DNA from: an uncultured Coriobacteriaceae bacterium
Lineage (GTDB): Bacteria; Actinomycetota; Coriobacteriia; Coriobacteriales; Eggerthellaceae
DNA: 64,000 bases
Assembly: GCA_902768975.1 (NCBI GenBank)
Contig: CACXMZ010000003.1
Span: 54,941-118,940, forward strand
Reading direction: 5' to 3'
In this document: piece by piece, positions 45,889-54,625 of the stretch
Layout of the letters: every line of letters begins with the position of its first letter
Position numbering within the stretch: the stretch's first letter is position 1
Program-made: the position numbers and the translations under genes
The notes under the pieces: generated by a model
What the model was told of the DNA's origin: nothing
Database searches by the model: none
Seen by the model: only the letters and a program-made list of their open reading frames with translations

Positions 45889-47589
45889 ATGACTATGGAC
45901 TTTGTAACACCTATAGGCTTCCGCGACATTTTGCCCGATGAAGCCTTGCAACGCGAACAAATTTCCCAGCGCGTTATGGCGCGCTTTTCTGAAGCGGGCT
46001 ACGTGCCCATTGAAACACCCACCCTTGAACGCATGGACGCCATGGATGCGGCAGGCCGCATTCCTGGCAAAACCTTCAAGTTGTTTGACGCAACGGGCGA
46101 ACTGCTGGCCCTGCGCCCCGACGTAACCATGCAGGTGGCACGCATTGCTGCAACGCGCCTGCGCGGCCAGGGTGGTGTGGCGCGTTACCGTTACATGCAG
46201 CGCGTGTTCCGCGACGTGGACCTTCAGTTTGAAGCGCGCGAAATGACACAGATGGGCATTGAATGCATTGGTGAAGGCGGTGCCGCGGCCGACGCTGAAG
46301 TGGTGGGCCTCTTTGCCCAGGCCTTGCAGCTGGCAGGGCTGGAACGTTTTACCATTGCGCTTGGTACGGTGGGCGTGCTGCGCGCCTTGCTTGAAGCTTG
46401 TGAAGCGGAAGGCGCCTGGAAAAATGCTGTGTTGGCGGCTTACCACGCTTCGAACTTTGTGGAACTCGATGAACTATGCACCCAGGAGGGCGTGCCTGTT
46501 GAATATGCCCAGGCCATCGACGCTTTGCCGCGTATCCGTGGTGGGCGTGAAGCCATAGACGAAGTACGTGCCCTGGTTGAACCGCTTGGTTGCGTGGACG
46601 GCTTGGATGCCTTTGCGCAGGCTTTTGATGCCCTGGCAGAAGCGGGCTTGGCAGACGCCCTGTTGGTGGACTTTAGCATCATGAGTAGCTTCGACTACTA
46701 CACGGGCATTGTGTTTGAAGCCTACGCGCCCGGCATGGGCGAACTGCTGGGGTCGGGCGGGCGTTACGACACCATGCTCGAAAGCCTGGGTGCCGACGCG
46801 CGCCCCGCAGCTGGCTTTTCCTTCTACCTAGAACAAGTCATGGAAGCGCGCGAGCAAGGAGTGGAACAGGGGACGGGTTTTTGTTCCACTTCTGCTACTG
46901 CGTCCATCGCGCTTGAAAAAGAAAAAGTGGAACAAAAACCTGTCCCCTGTTCCACAAACCGTCCTCTGCGGATTGCAGTGCCGAAGGGTTCGCTCAACGA
47001 AGGGGCAATCGCTGCCCTTACCGCAGCAGGTTTGGACACGACGGGGTTGGACAATCCCGGCCGCCAGCTGATTATTTCCAACCCAGGCGTGGACTATATT
47101 ATCGTGCGCCCCACCGACGCCCCGGCCTTTGTGGCGCTCGGTGCGGCCGACTGCGGCATTTGCGGCGAAGACAGCCTGGTCGAAACGGGCGCCGACGTGG
47201 TCGAACTGGTCGACTTGGGCTTTGGCGCCTGTCGCTTTATTGTGGCCCAACCCGCCGGTACGACCGAAGCGGTGCAAGAGCGTTACCGCAAGTTGGGTTC
47301 CATGCGCATTGCCACCAAGTACCCCAATATCACGCGCCGCTTTTTTGGGCGCCAGGGCACGCAGGTGGAAATCGTGGAACTGCGCGGCAACATTGAACTG
47401 GCACCCATGGTGGGCATGGCCGAACGCATCGTGGACATTACCGCCACGGGTACCACGCTGCGTGAAAACAATCTTGAAATCGTAGACGAAGTGCTTGAAT
47501 GTACGGCGCGCTTCTTCGCTAACACGGCGGCCTTCCGTATGGACGAACGCGTAGTGGAATTGGCGCGCGCATTAAAGGAGAACGCATGA
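45889..47589 (+). CDS. hisZG: Fused ATP phosphoribosyltransferase regulatory subunit (HisZ) and short-form catalytic subunit (HisG)
   Basis: Roughly aa 1-322 are HisRS-like HisZ (GFRDILPDEA...RYRYMQRVFR). Roughly aa 356-566 are short HisG (LRIAVPKGSLNEGA...RPTDAPAFVALGAADCGICGED...ATGTTLRENNL). A 32-aa linker joins them and is encoded by a palindromic element. There is no stop or start codon between the halves. Confidence 0.85.
   Translation: MTMDFVTPIGFRDILPDEALQREQISQRVMARFSEAGYVPIETPTLERMDAMDAAGRIPGKTFKLFDATGELLALRPDVTMQVARIAATRLRGQGGVARYRYMQRVFRDVDLQFEAREMTQMGIECIGEGGAAADAEVVGLFAQALQLAGLERFTIALGTVGVLRALLEACEAEGAWKNAVLAAYHASNFVELDELCTQEGVPVEYAQAIDALPRIRGGREAIDEVRALVEPLGCVDGLDAFAQAFDALAEAGLADALLVDFSIMSSFDYYTGIVFEAYAPGMGELLGSGGRYDTMLESLGADARPAAGFSFYLEQVMEAREQGVEQGTGFCSTSATASIALEKEKVEQKPVPCSTNRPLRIAVPKGSLNEGAIAALTAAGLDTTGLDNPGRQLIISNPGVDYIIVRPTDAPAFVALGAADCGICGEDSLVETGADVVELVDLGFGACRFIVAQPAGTTEAVQERYRKLGSMRIATKYPNITRRFFGRQGTQVEIVELRGNIELAPMVGMAERIVDITATGTTLRENNLEIVDEVLECTARFFANTAAFRMDERVVELARALKENA
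46861..46955. repeat. 95-nt palindromic element in frame at the hisZ/hisG junction
   Basis: The arms GTGGAACAGGGGACGGGTTTTTGTTCCAC (46861-46889) and GTGGAACAAAAACCTGTCCCCTGTTCCAC (46927-46955) are reverse complements at 28/29. Each arm is itself a small hairpin (GTGGAACA...TGTTCCAC). Confidence 0.85.
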
Positions 47590-48878
47590 GAAGAATAGTC
47601 TTACCAGCGGGGGAGCGTTTTGACGAAACGCTGCTTAATCGCACGGGTGCTTTTAACGCAGAAGCCCTGGTCATAGCCACCAATATTGTTGACGACGTAC
47701 GCACTCGTGGCGACGCAGCCTTGCGCGAGCTTACTGCTAAGCTCGATGGCGTGGACCTTGATGATTTCCGCGTAAGCCAGCAGGCCATCGATGAAGCCCT
47801 TGCGGCCATCGAACCAGCCTTGGCCGAAGCGCTCGAACATGCTGCGGCCCAGATTCGTGAATACCACGAACGCCAGCTTGAAAAGGGCTGGACGTACACC
47901 CGCGAAAACGGAGCACTGGTAGGCTGCAAGGTGGAGCCCATTCAGGCGGTCGGTATTTATGCGCCCGGCGGTCGTGCCTTGTATCCGTCGAGCGTGCTTA
48001 TGAATGCCATCCCGGCTTCCGTGGCGGGGGTCGAACGCATTGTGTGCACCACGCCGCCTACTAAGGACGGCACGCTGGACCCTTCGCTTGTGAAGGCGTG
48101 CCAGATTGCGGGCGTGAGCGAAATTTATTCCGTGGGTGGGGCGCAAGCTATTGCGGCGCTGGCCTATGGTACGGAATCCATTGCGCCCGTTTCAAAGATT
48201 ACGGGCCCAGGTAACGCCTTCGTGGCTGCAGCCAAAAAGATTGTTTCGGGCGACGTGGGCATCGACATGATCGCTGGCCCTTCTGAAGTGTGTGTCTTGG
48301 CGGACGAAACCGCCGACCCCGCGCTTGTTGCCATAGACCTGATGGCCCAGGCCGAACACGACCCGCTCGCGAGCAGCTATTTGGTGTGTTTCGACGAAAC
48401 CTATGCCGACGCCGTGGAAGCTGCCATTGCTCAGCACCTGCAGCAGTCTGAACGCGCCGAAATTACCCAGGCGTCTTTGGACAATCAGGGTCTTGTCGTG
48501 ATTGTGCCTAACCGCGACGCTGCCCTGGACGTTATCAACACTATTGCGCCCGAGCACTTGGAACTGCACGTGGGTTTCGCCGAAAGTTTGCTCGACGGCA
48601 TTCGCAATGCGGGCGCCATCTTCATGGGCGAGTGGACGCCCGAAGCGGTAGGTGATTACGTGGCGGGGCCAAACCACACGCTTCCTACGGGTGGGACGGC
48701 GCGTTTTTCGAGCCCGCTTTCGGTGGACCAGTTCACCAAGAAGAGCAGCATTATTCGCTATACGGAAGAAGCCTTGCGTGACGACGCTGAAGCCATCATG
48801 ACCATCGCGAAGCGCGAAGGATTGTGGGCTCACGGTAAGAGCGTCGAACTGCGCCTGTCTCAGGCGGGGACGGAGTAA
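47586..48878 (+). CDS. hisD: Histidinol dehydrogenase
   Basis: [26 protein letters not shown] and AQAEHD are present. ATGA overlaps the hisZG stop. Confidence 0.95.
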   Translation: MRRIVLPAGERFDETLLNRTGAFNAEALVIATNIVDDVRTRGDAALRELTAKLDGVDLDDFRVSQQAIDEALAAIEPALAEALEHAAAQIREYHERQLEKGWTYTRENGALVGCKVEPIQAVGIYAPGGRALYPSSVLMNAIPASVAGVERIVCTTPPTKDGTLDPSLVKACQIAGVSEIYSVGGAQAIAALAYGTESIAPVSKITGPGNAFVAAAKKIVSGDVGIDMIAGPSEVCVLADETADPALVAIDLMAQAEHDPLASSYLVCFDETYADAVEAAIAQHLQQSERAEITQASLDNQGLVVIVPNRDAALDVINTIAPEHLELHVGFAESLLDGIRNAGAIFMGEWTPEAVGDYVAGPNHTLPTGGTARFSSPLSVDQFTKKSSIIRYTEEALRDDAEAIMTIAKREGLWAHGKSVELRLSQAGTE

Positions 48879-48880
48879 CA

Positions 48881-50053
48881 ATGGGACAAAACCTGCGTCC
48901 AACTAACAAGAATCTTGACGGCGTCGTGCCCTACGACCCGAAGTACTTGCCTGCGCGCCTCATGCTTTCGGCCAATGAAAACCCCGGCGGTCTGCCAACG
49001 GCGGTAGCGGGCGAAGTAATTGTAGCTTTGTCAAAAGTCCAGATGAACCGCTACCCGGACCCCTTGGCTAATGACCTGCGCGACCTTATTGCCCAGCAGT
49101 ATGGTCTCGTGCGCGAAAACGTTATGGTAGGCAACGGTGGCGACGAACTGCTGTTTAACATTGCTTTTGCTTGGGGTGGTGCAGGGCGCACCATGCTCGA
49201 CTGCCCGCCGACCTTTTCGGTCTATGCCGCCAACGCACGCCTTTGCGGCACTACGGTCGTAAACATCGACCGCAAAATTGAACAGGTGACGGGTTTTTGT
49301 TCAAATGACAGAGTGGCAAGTATTGCGCTCGGTTCGGCTCTTGGAGCATTCCCGGTTAATGAAGAAGCTGTCCTCGAACGCGTAGCCCAGGGCGACATCG
49401 ACTACCTCACCATTTGCACTCCCAACAACCCCACGGGCGACCTTTCGAGCGTGGACTTTATCGAGCGCTTGCTCGACGCGACTGATGCTCTTGTTGTGGT
49501 CGATGAAGCCTACGGCGAATTTGCGCCCGAAGGTTCGAGCGTCGTGCCCTTGCTTGCCAAGCACAAAAACCTGGCAGTTCTTCGCACACTTTCCAAGGCC
49601 TATAGCATGGCGGGCGTGCGCTTGGGTTACTTGCTGGCCAACCCTGAAGTCATTACGGAATTGCAAAAGGTGCGCCAGCCTTATTCGGTCGATTCGCTTT
49701 CGCAAACGGTGGCGAAAGAAGTGTTTAAGTTCCTGGACTTGTTCGAAGCTCGTACTGCCTTGCTCGCTTCGGAGTGCGACCGCGTGTTCGAAGCGCTCAA
49801 TGCCATGGACGGCGTGGTGGCCTATCCGAGCGCCGCGAACTATATTCTGTTTAAGCTCGAAGAGGCCGACGCGGGCGTGGTGTGGCAGAAGCTCTACGAC
49901 GCAGGTGTGCTGGTACGCGACTTTTCGGCAAGCCCGTATACGCCTAACAGCCTGCGCGTGAGCATGGGCATCCCTGAACAAAACGACGCGTTCCTGGCAA
50001 CACTTGCGTCAATATTGGAAGAAGAAAAAAGCAACTCAGAGCTCCAGGGCTAA
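48881..50053 (+). CDS. hisC: Histidinol-phosphate aminotransferase (carries an apparent ~24-aa in-frame insertion)
   Basis: LSANENPGG, CTPNNPTG, VVVDEAYGEF and the PLP-lysine motif LRTLSKAYSMAGVRLGY are present. The insertion IEQVTGFCSNDRVASIALGSALGA lies near aa 134-157. Confidence 0.93.
   Translation: MGQNLRPTNKNLDGVVPYDPKYLPARLMLSANENPGGLPTAVAGEVIVALSKVQMNRYPDPLANDLRDLIAQQYGLVRENVMVGNGGDELLFNIAFAWGGAGRTMLDCPPTFSVYAANARLCGTTVVNIDRKIEQVTGFCSNDRVASIALGSALGAFPVNEEAVLERVAQGDIDYLTICTPNNPTGDLSSVDFIERLLDATDALVVVDEAYGEFAPEGSSVVPLLAKHKNLAVLRTLSKAYSMAGVRLGYLLANPEVITELQKVRQPYSVDSLSQTVAKEVFKFLDLFEARTALLASECDRVFEALNAMDGVVAYPSAANYILFKLEEADAGVVWQKLYDAGVLVRDFSASPYTPNSLRVSMGIPEQNDAFLATLASILEEEKSNSELQG
49278..49304. 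repeat. Half-copy of the hisZG junction palindromic element inside hisC
   Basis: TTGAACAGGTGACGGGTTTTTGTTCAA shares a 23-nt core (22/23) with the 46861 arm. The downstream similarity continues (..ATTGCGCTCG versus ..ATCGCGCTTG). Both copies are read in the same frame, giving the shared peptide EQxTGFCS....ASIAL. Confidence 0.8.
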
Positions 50054-50101
50054 TATGTTTCCAAGGGCGAAGAATCGAAGCAAAAACTAAGAAGGGAAAG
50101 C

Positions 50102-50794
50102 ATGAAGGGTTCAACTATAAAAGACTTTGAAAACCTACCCGACCAAGTGCGCGAAGAGGTAGTGGACGCTGCCGAAAGCCCTGCTTCCCGCACTGCACCT
50201 GAAAGCCCGCGCACGGCAGAGGTGGTGCGCACGACCAAAGAAACCGACATCAAGTTGGCCCTGAATTTGGACGGAACGGGTCAGGCCAAGGTCGCAACGG
50301 GCGTGCCTTTCTTCGACCATATGCTGGAAGCCTTTACGCGCCATGGTCTGTTTGACCTGGACGTTCAAGCCACGGGCGACATCGACGTGGATGCCCACCA
50401 CACAGTTGAAGACGTGGGCATCGTGCTGGGGCAGGCCTTTGCGCAGGCACTTTCCGACAAGCGCGGCATCGTGCGTTTTGGTAATAGCTTCTTGGCTATG
50501 GACGAAGCCCTCGTGTTGGCTGCTGTAGATATTTCAGGGCGCGGGCAGCTGCACTATGCGGTGGACCTGCCTATTGAAATGGTGGGCTCCTTCGACACGA
50601 CGCTTGCCAAGGAATTCTTTATTGCCCTTGCCGCCAACGCGGGAGTGACCTTGCATATTCGCAGCTTCAGTGGTGAAAACTCGCACCACATTTTGGAAGC
50701 AGCCTTTAAGGCAGCTGGTCGTGCCCTGTGCGACGCCACACGAGTCAATCCACGTATCGCCGAAGAACTACCTACCACCAAAGGAGCATTGTGA
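50102..50794 (+). CDS. hisB: Imidazoleglycerol-phosphate dehydratase
   Basis: RTTKETDIKLALNLDG, FFDHML..F..H and HH..E are present. The roughly 35-aa N-terminal extension may be real, or the true start may be a GTG near 50221. Confidence 0.9.
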   Translation: MKGSTIKDFENLPDQVREEVVDAAESPASRTAPESPRTAEVVRTTKETDIKLALNLDGTGQAKVATGVPFFDHMLEAFTRHGLFDLDVQATGDIDVDAHHTVEDVGIVLGQAFAQALSDKRGIVRFGNSFLAMDEALVLAAVDISGRGQLHYAVDLPIEMVGSFDTTLAKEFFIALAANAGVTLHIRSFSGENSHHILEAAFKAAGRALCDATRVNPRIAEELPTTKGAL

Positions 50795-51441
50795 TTGTAG
50801 TAGTCGACTATGCGAAAGGGAATTTGCAGTCCGTTGAAAAGGGGCTGGAAGCAGCGGGTGCGCGCGATGTGCGTATCGTTACCACGCCCGAAGAAATTGC
50901 AGCGGCTGAAGCAGTGGTGCTTCCCGGCGTGGGTGCCTTCGCCGACGCATCCCGCTCTATGATCGAAACAGGCCAGATGGATGCCGTGCGCGAAGCCATT
51001 CAAGCAGGAAAGCCTTTCTTGGGAATTTGTCTGGGTCTGCACCTGTTGTTTGAAGCAGGAACTGAACATGCCACAGAAGGTGAGCTCCTGCCACAAGGTT
51101 TGGGCATCATTCCTGGCGTGTGCGACATTATGCCCAAGATTGATACTGTGGGGAATGCCTATAAAGTACCCCAAATGGGCTGGAATTCCGTAGATTTCGC
51201 GGATGGCTGCAACACAAAGCTGCTTGACGGCATTCGCGAAGGGGAGTTCTTCTACTTCACGCACAGCTACATTGCTCCGCCTTCGGAATACACGCAGGCA
51301 ACAACCACGCACAGCATTACTTTCCCATGTTTTGTGGATGTGGGTGGTACCTGCTTTGGCGTCCAGTTCCATCCTGAAAAAAGCTCCGATGCGGGCATCC
51401 ATGTCCTGCGCAATTTTGTTAAGGTAGTTGAAGGTCGCTGA
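50791..51441 (+). CDS. hisH: Imidazole glycerol phosphate synthase, glutamine amidotransferase subunit
   Basis: VVVDYAKGNLQSV, LPGVGAF, GICLGLHLL and VQFHPEKS are present. The GTG start overlaps the hisB stop (GTGA), with AAGGAG upstream. Confidence 0.9.
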   Translation: MIVVVDYAKGNLQSVEKGLEAAGARDVRIVTTPEEIAAAEAVVLPGVGAFADASRSMIETGQMDAVREAIQAGKPFLGICLGLHLLFEAGTEHATEGELLPQGLGIIPGVCDIMPKIDTVGNAYKVPQMGWNSVDFADGCNTKLLDGIREGEFFYFTHSYIAPPSEYTQATTTHSITFPCFVDVGGTCFGVQFHPEKSSDAGIHVLRNFVKVVEGR

Positions 51442-51507
51442 AAGGTGGCGACACGATAACAGAACGCCAATCGAGAGATGCTAGAGCGATAGTTGAAAGG
51501 TAGTCCC

Positions 51508-52233
51508 ATGTATCTGCTTCCCGCAATTGACTTGTTAGATGGCATGGTTGTGCGCTTGAAAAAGGGCGACTACGACCTCATGACCGTATATAGTTACGAC
51601 CCTACTGACCAGGCGAAACAGTTTGAAGCGGCGGGCGCGGAATGGATCCACGTGGTGGATTTGAATGGCGCTCGTGACGGCGAACAAGGCAACCTCGACC
51701 TTATTGAAGACATCGCCAAAAACACGAACTTGAAAATTGAAACTGGTGGTGGTGTGCGCGATTTCGACGCCATCGACCGCCTGCGTAATGCGGGCGTTTC
51801 GCGCGTGGTGCTGGGTACTTCGCTTGTTACTCAGGTCAACTTTGCCGCCGAGGCATTGCAGATGTATGGCGACTTGCTGTGCGCTGGCGTGGATGCGCGC
51901 GCTGGTAAAGCAGCTATTGAAGGTTGGCACAAGGAAGGTATGGATGCCGACGAACTGGTGGGCGAAATGGGCACCATGGGTTTCAGACACTTGGTTTACA
52001 CCGACATTTCGCGTGACGGCATGCAGACTGGCATCGACGTGGCAACCTATGAACACGTGGCCAAGTTGTTTGGCGGTCCTGTTATTGCGAGCGGTGGCGT
52101 GACCAATATGGACGACCTCCGCAACCTCGCCACGGCAGCAGATTCCATCGAAGGCATTATCACCGGGCGCGCCATTTACGAGGGCACTTTGCCCCTGGAA
52201 GAAGCTCTTGCCTTCTGCAAAGGCCTTGCTTAG
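51508..52233 (+). CDS. hisA: 1-(5-phosphoribosyl)-5-[(5-phosphoribosylamino)methylideneamino]imidazole-4-carboxamide isomerase
   Basis: MYLLPAIDLLDGMVVRL..G, VDLNGA, GGGVR and ASGGV are present. Confidence 0.93.
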   Translation: MYLLPAIDLLDGMVVRLKKGDYDLMTVYSYDPTDQAKQFEAAGAEWIHVVDLNGARDGEQGNLDLIEDIAKNTNLKIETGGGVRDFDAIDRLRNAGVSRVVLGTSLVTQVNFAAEALQMYGDLLCAGVDARAGKAAIEGWHKEGMDADELVGEMGTMGFRHLVYTDISRDGMQTGIDVATYEHVAKLFGGPVIASGGVTNMDDLRNLATAADSIEGIITGRAIYEGTLPLEEALAFCKGLA

Positions 52234-52256
52234 TAGGGGACTGCCGAAAAGGTCTA

Positions 52257-53192
52257 TTGGCGCTAATTACTATGCAAACACCCAAGGAAGCAATGAGCAA
52301 TAACACAAACGACAGTCCTTCTGCGGCAAAGCTAGGTGCCCTGCTGGTGTTTTTGGCGGGGGCTACCTGGGGTTGCGTTGGCCTGTTTATTCGCCCTCTT
52401 GCCAGCATGGGCTATAGTAATTTTCAGCTTGCCTGGGTGCGTGCCCTTATCACTGCAATTATCTTTTTTATCTATATCATGGTGCGCAAACCAGACGCCC
52501 TGTACGTAAAGCCGCGCGACATCTGGTGCTTTTTGGGCACAGGCCTTGTGAGCGTGGTCTTCTTCTGTATTTGCTACTACACCACCATTTCGTTCACGTC
52601 GCTTTCGGTGGCGGCAGTGTTCATGTACACGTCTCCTGCCTTCGTGCTCATTCTTTCGCACTTCTTCTTTGGCGACAGCGTGACGCCGCTCAAAATAGGG
52701 GCGGTCGCCCTGGTTATTGTGGGTTGTACATTTGTAAGTGGTCTTGCGGTAGGTGTGCCACAGCTGCCCCTGATTGGGGTACTTACAGGTCTGGGTTCAG
52801 GCATAGGTTATGCGTCCTATTCCGTTTTTTCGCGCTTTGCCATCCAGCGCGGCTACGAGTCCATAACCATAACCTTTTGGACCTTCTTTATTGCTGCCAT
52901 AGGGGCATCTTTTATTAGTAGCCCTGGTGCTGCGCTTGCGCACATGTTTTCAGCGCCGGAAAGCATTCCATGGCTCGTGGGTCTGGCGGTTTGTAATGCC
53001 GTTATTCCCTACGCGCTGTTCACGGCGGGACTTAAGTATGTCGAAAACAGCCGTGCCGCCATTATTGTGTCCGTTGAAGTAGTGGTGGCTTCACTCGTGG
53101 GCACCTTCGTGTTCGGCGAACCCTTCATGTGGTTTAACGGGGTGGGCATGGCACTCGTTCTGTTTGCCGTGGCCCTCCTTGCCCGCGAGTAA
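52257..53192 (+). CDS. EamA/DMT-superfamily transporter
   Basis: There are ten predicted TM helices in two EamA-like halves. The start is uncertain: the track uses TTG 52257, with ATG alternatives at 52272 and 52293. Confidence 0.75.
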   Translation: MALITMQTPKEAMSNNTNDSPSAAKLGALLVFLAGATWGCVGLFIRPLASMGYSNFQLAWVRALITAIIFFIYIMVRKPDALYVKPRDIWCFLGTGLVSVVFFCICYYTTISFTSLSVAAVFMYTSPAFVLILSHFFFGDSVTPLKIGAVALVIVGCTFVSGLAVGVPQLPLIGVLTGLGSGIGYASYSVFSRFAIQRGYESITITFWTFFIAAIGASFISSPGAALAHMFSAPESIPWLVGLAVCNAVIPYALFTAGLKYVENSRAAIIVSVEVVVASLVGTFVFGEPFMWFNGVGMALVLFAVALLARE

Positions 53193-53231
53193 TAGACTAA
53201 AGAACAGTATTAATCATACGAAAGGATTGCA

Positions 53232-53714
53232 ATGTTTCGGGAAATGCGCAGAAAGAAGCAGGAGCTAAGCCGCGAAGAAAGCGAGCGCATTTTGCACGAG
53301 AGCAGCTGGGGTACCTTGGCCGTGTTGGGCGACGATGGCTACCCCTATGCGGTACCGCTTAATCATGTGTTCTACAACGGGGCAATCTACTTCCACTGTG
53401 CGCAAGCGGGGCACAAGTTAGACGCACTACGCGCGTGCGAAAAAGTAAGCTACTCGGTGGTCGAGCGCGATACGGTGGTGCCACAGGAATATACGACTTA
53501 CTACAAGAGTGTGGTGGCGTTTGGCCGTGCCCACGTGGTGGAAGACGAAGCCGAATTGATAGAGTCCTTGCGCGCTATCGGTATGAAGCACCACCCCGAC
53601 AAGGAACGCACCGATGAAGAAATTGCCAAGTCGGGCGCGCATTTGTACATGGTACGCATCGAAATTGACCACCTCAGTGGTAAACAGGCAAAAGAATTAG
53701 TCGGGAAGGACTAG
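53232..53714 (+). CDS. Pyridoxamine 5'-phosphate oxidase-family (Nim-like) flavoprotein
   Basis: MRRKKQELSREESERIL....WGTLAV.GDDGYPYAVPLN......IYFHCA..GHKLDAL is the typical N-terminal pattern of the Nim/PNPOx split-barrel family. Confidence 0.75.
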   Translation: MFREMRRKKQELSREESERILHESSWGTLAVLGDDGYPYAVPLNHVFYNGAIYFHCAQAGHKLDALRACEKVSYSVVERDTVVPQEYTTYYKSVVAFGRAHVVEDEAELIESLRAIGMKHHPDKERTDEEIAKSGAHLYMVRIEIDHLSGKQAKELVGKD

Positions 53715-53838
53715 CTATTCAGCTTGGTGCAGGGTAGCAATACTGGAGCAGGCTAATCGTTTATTTGAAGCTACGGTAGAAACAAGAATTGTTGCCCGTA
53801 TGGCACGCTGGCCCTATACACAAATAACCGCCCTGTTA

Positions 53839-53867
53839 TTTACAGATATCTCTAGATATCTTATAAT
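53839..53867 (+). promoter_or_regulatory. Sigma-70-type promoter TTTACA-N17-TATAAT with two AGATATCT palindromes in the spacer (candidate VapB operator)
   Basis: The -35 TTTACA is at 53839-53844 and the -10 TATAAT at 53862-53867. AGATATCT-CT-AGATATCT occupies 53844-53861. The promoter sits 24 nt upstream of the vapB-like start. Confidence 0.6.
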
Positions 53868-53890
53868 TACCTTGTCTCAAGGAGCAAACT

Positions 53891-54205
53891 ATGCCTGTTT
53901 TAGAAAAACCGCAAATATATACCGAATTCGACACCAAACTGTGCGAATGGGGCACTTCGCAAGCTGTGCGTATTCCTAAAGTGGCTTCGCGGGCTACTCG
54001 CAATGTTTGTATAGGCACCAGCTTCCACGCTGAAGTAGGAAACGACGCTGAAGGCGACTATATTTTGCTTCGCCCCCAGGTTCAAACAGGTGGCAAGTTA
54101 AAGTTAGGACTTGCTTTGGAAATGGGCCTTGTGCGCCCTTGGGACGAAGATGCCTTTGAGGCATTAGATGCCGAAATTGAATCCATGTTTGAGGATGTAG
54201 ACTAG
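53891..54205 (+). CDS. AbrB/MazE/SpoVT-fold antitoxin (VapB-like)
   Basis: LCEWGTSQAVRIPKV is the SpoVT-AbrB swapped-hairpin motif, and the C-terminus is acidic. The gene abuts the PIN toxin gene with no gap. Confidence 0.75.
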   Translation: MPVLEKPQIYTEFDTKLCEWGTSQAVRIPKVASRATRNVCIGTSFHAEVGNDAEGDYILLRPQVQTGGKLKLGLALEMGLVRPWDEDAFEALDAEIESMFEDVD

Positions 54206-54610
54206 GTGCGATACCTCCTAGACACACATATACTCTTTTGGCTTCTTGCGAAACCTGACGCATTGCCAAAGCGGGCTCAGGATATTATTGAAAATCCAAG
54301 TTCGTTTTTTTCGTTTAGCCAGATTAGTATCTGGGAGGCCGAAATTAAAGAAATGGCTAAACCCAGCTCTATTCCCATAGCTCCTACGGATATTCCGTCT
54401 GTATCAAAAGCCGTTGGTCTAGAGGAGCTTATTCTTAAAAACAGTCATATTTTTTCTCTTCCGAAGCTAGGTTTACCAGGTGAGGTGCGCGGCCACAAAG
54501 ACCCTTTCGATCGCATGCTTTTGGCGCAAGCCCTTTCGGAAGACATGGTATTTTTAACGCATGATGCCAACTTGTCGTACTATCGAAACGTTAAAGTCGA
54601 ATTGGTGTAG
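54206..54610 (+). CDS. vapC: PIN-domain toxin (VapC family)
   Basis: YLLDTHILFWLL, ISIWEAEIK, HKDPFDRMLLAQA and LTHD carry the acidic PIN residues. It has a GTG start directly after the antitoxin stop. Confidence 0.8.
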   Translation: MRYLLDTHILFWLLAKPDALPKRAQDIIENPSSFFSFSQISIWEAEIKEMAKPSSIPIAPTDIPSVSKAVGLEELILKNSHIFSLPKLGLPGEVRGHKDPFDRMLLAQALSEDMVFLTHDANLSYYRNVKVELV

Positions 54611-54625
54611 AGGGCGGAGGTTGCC

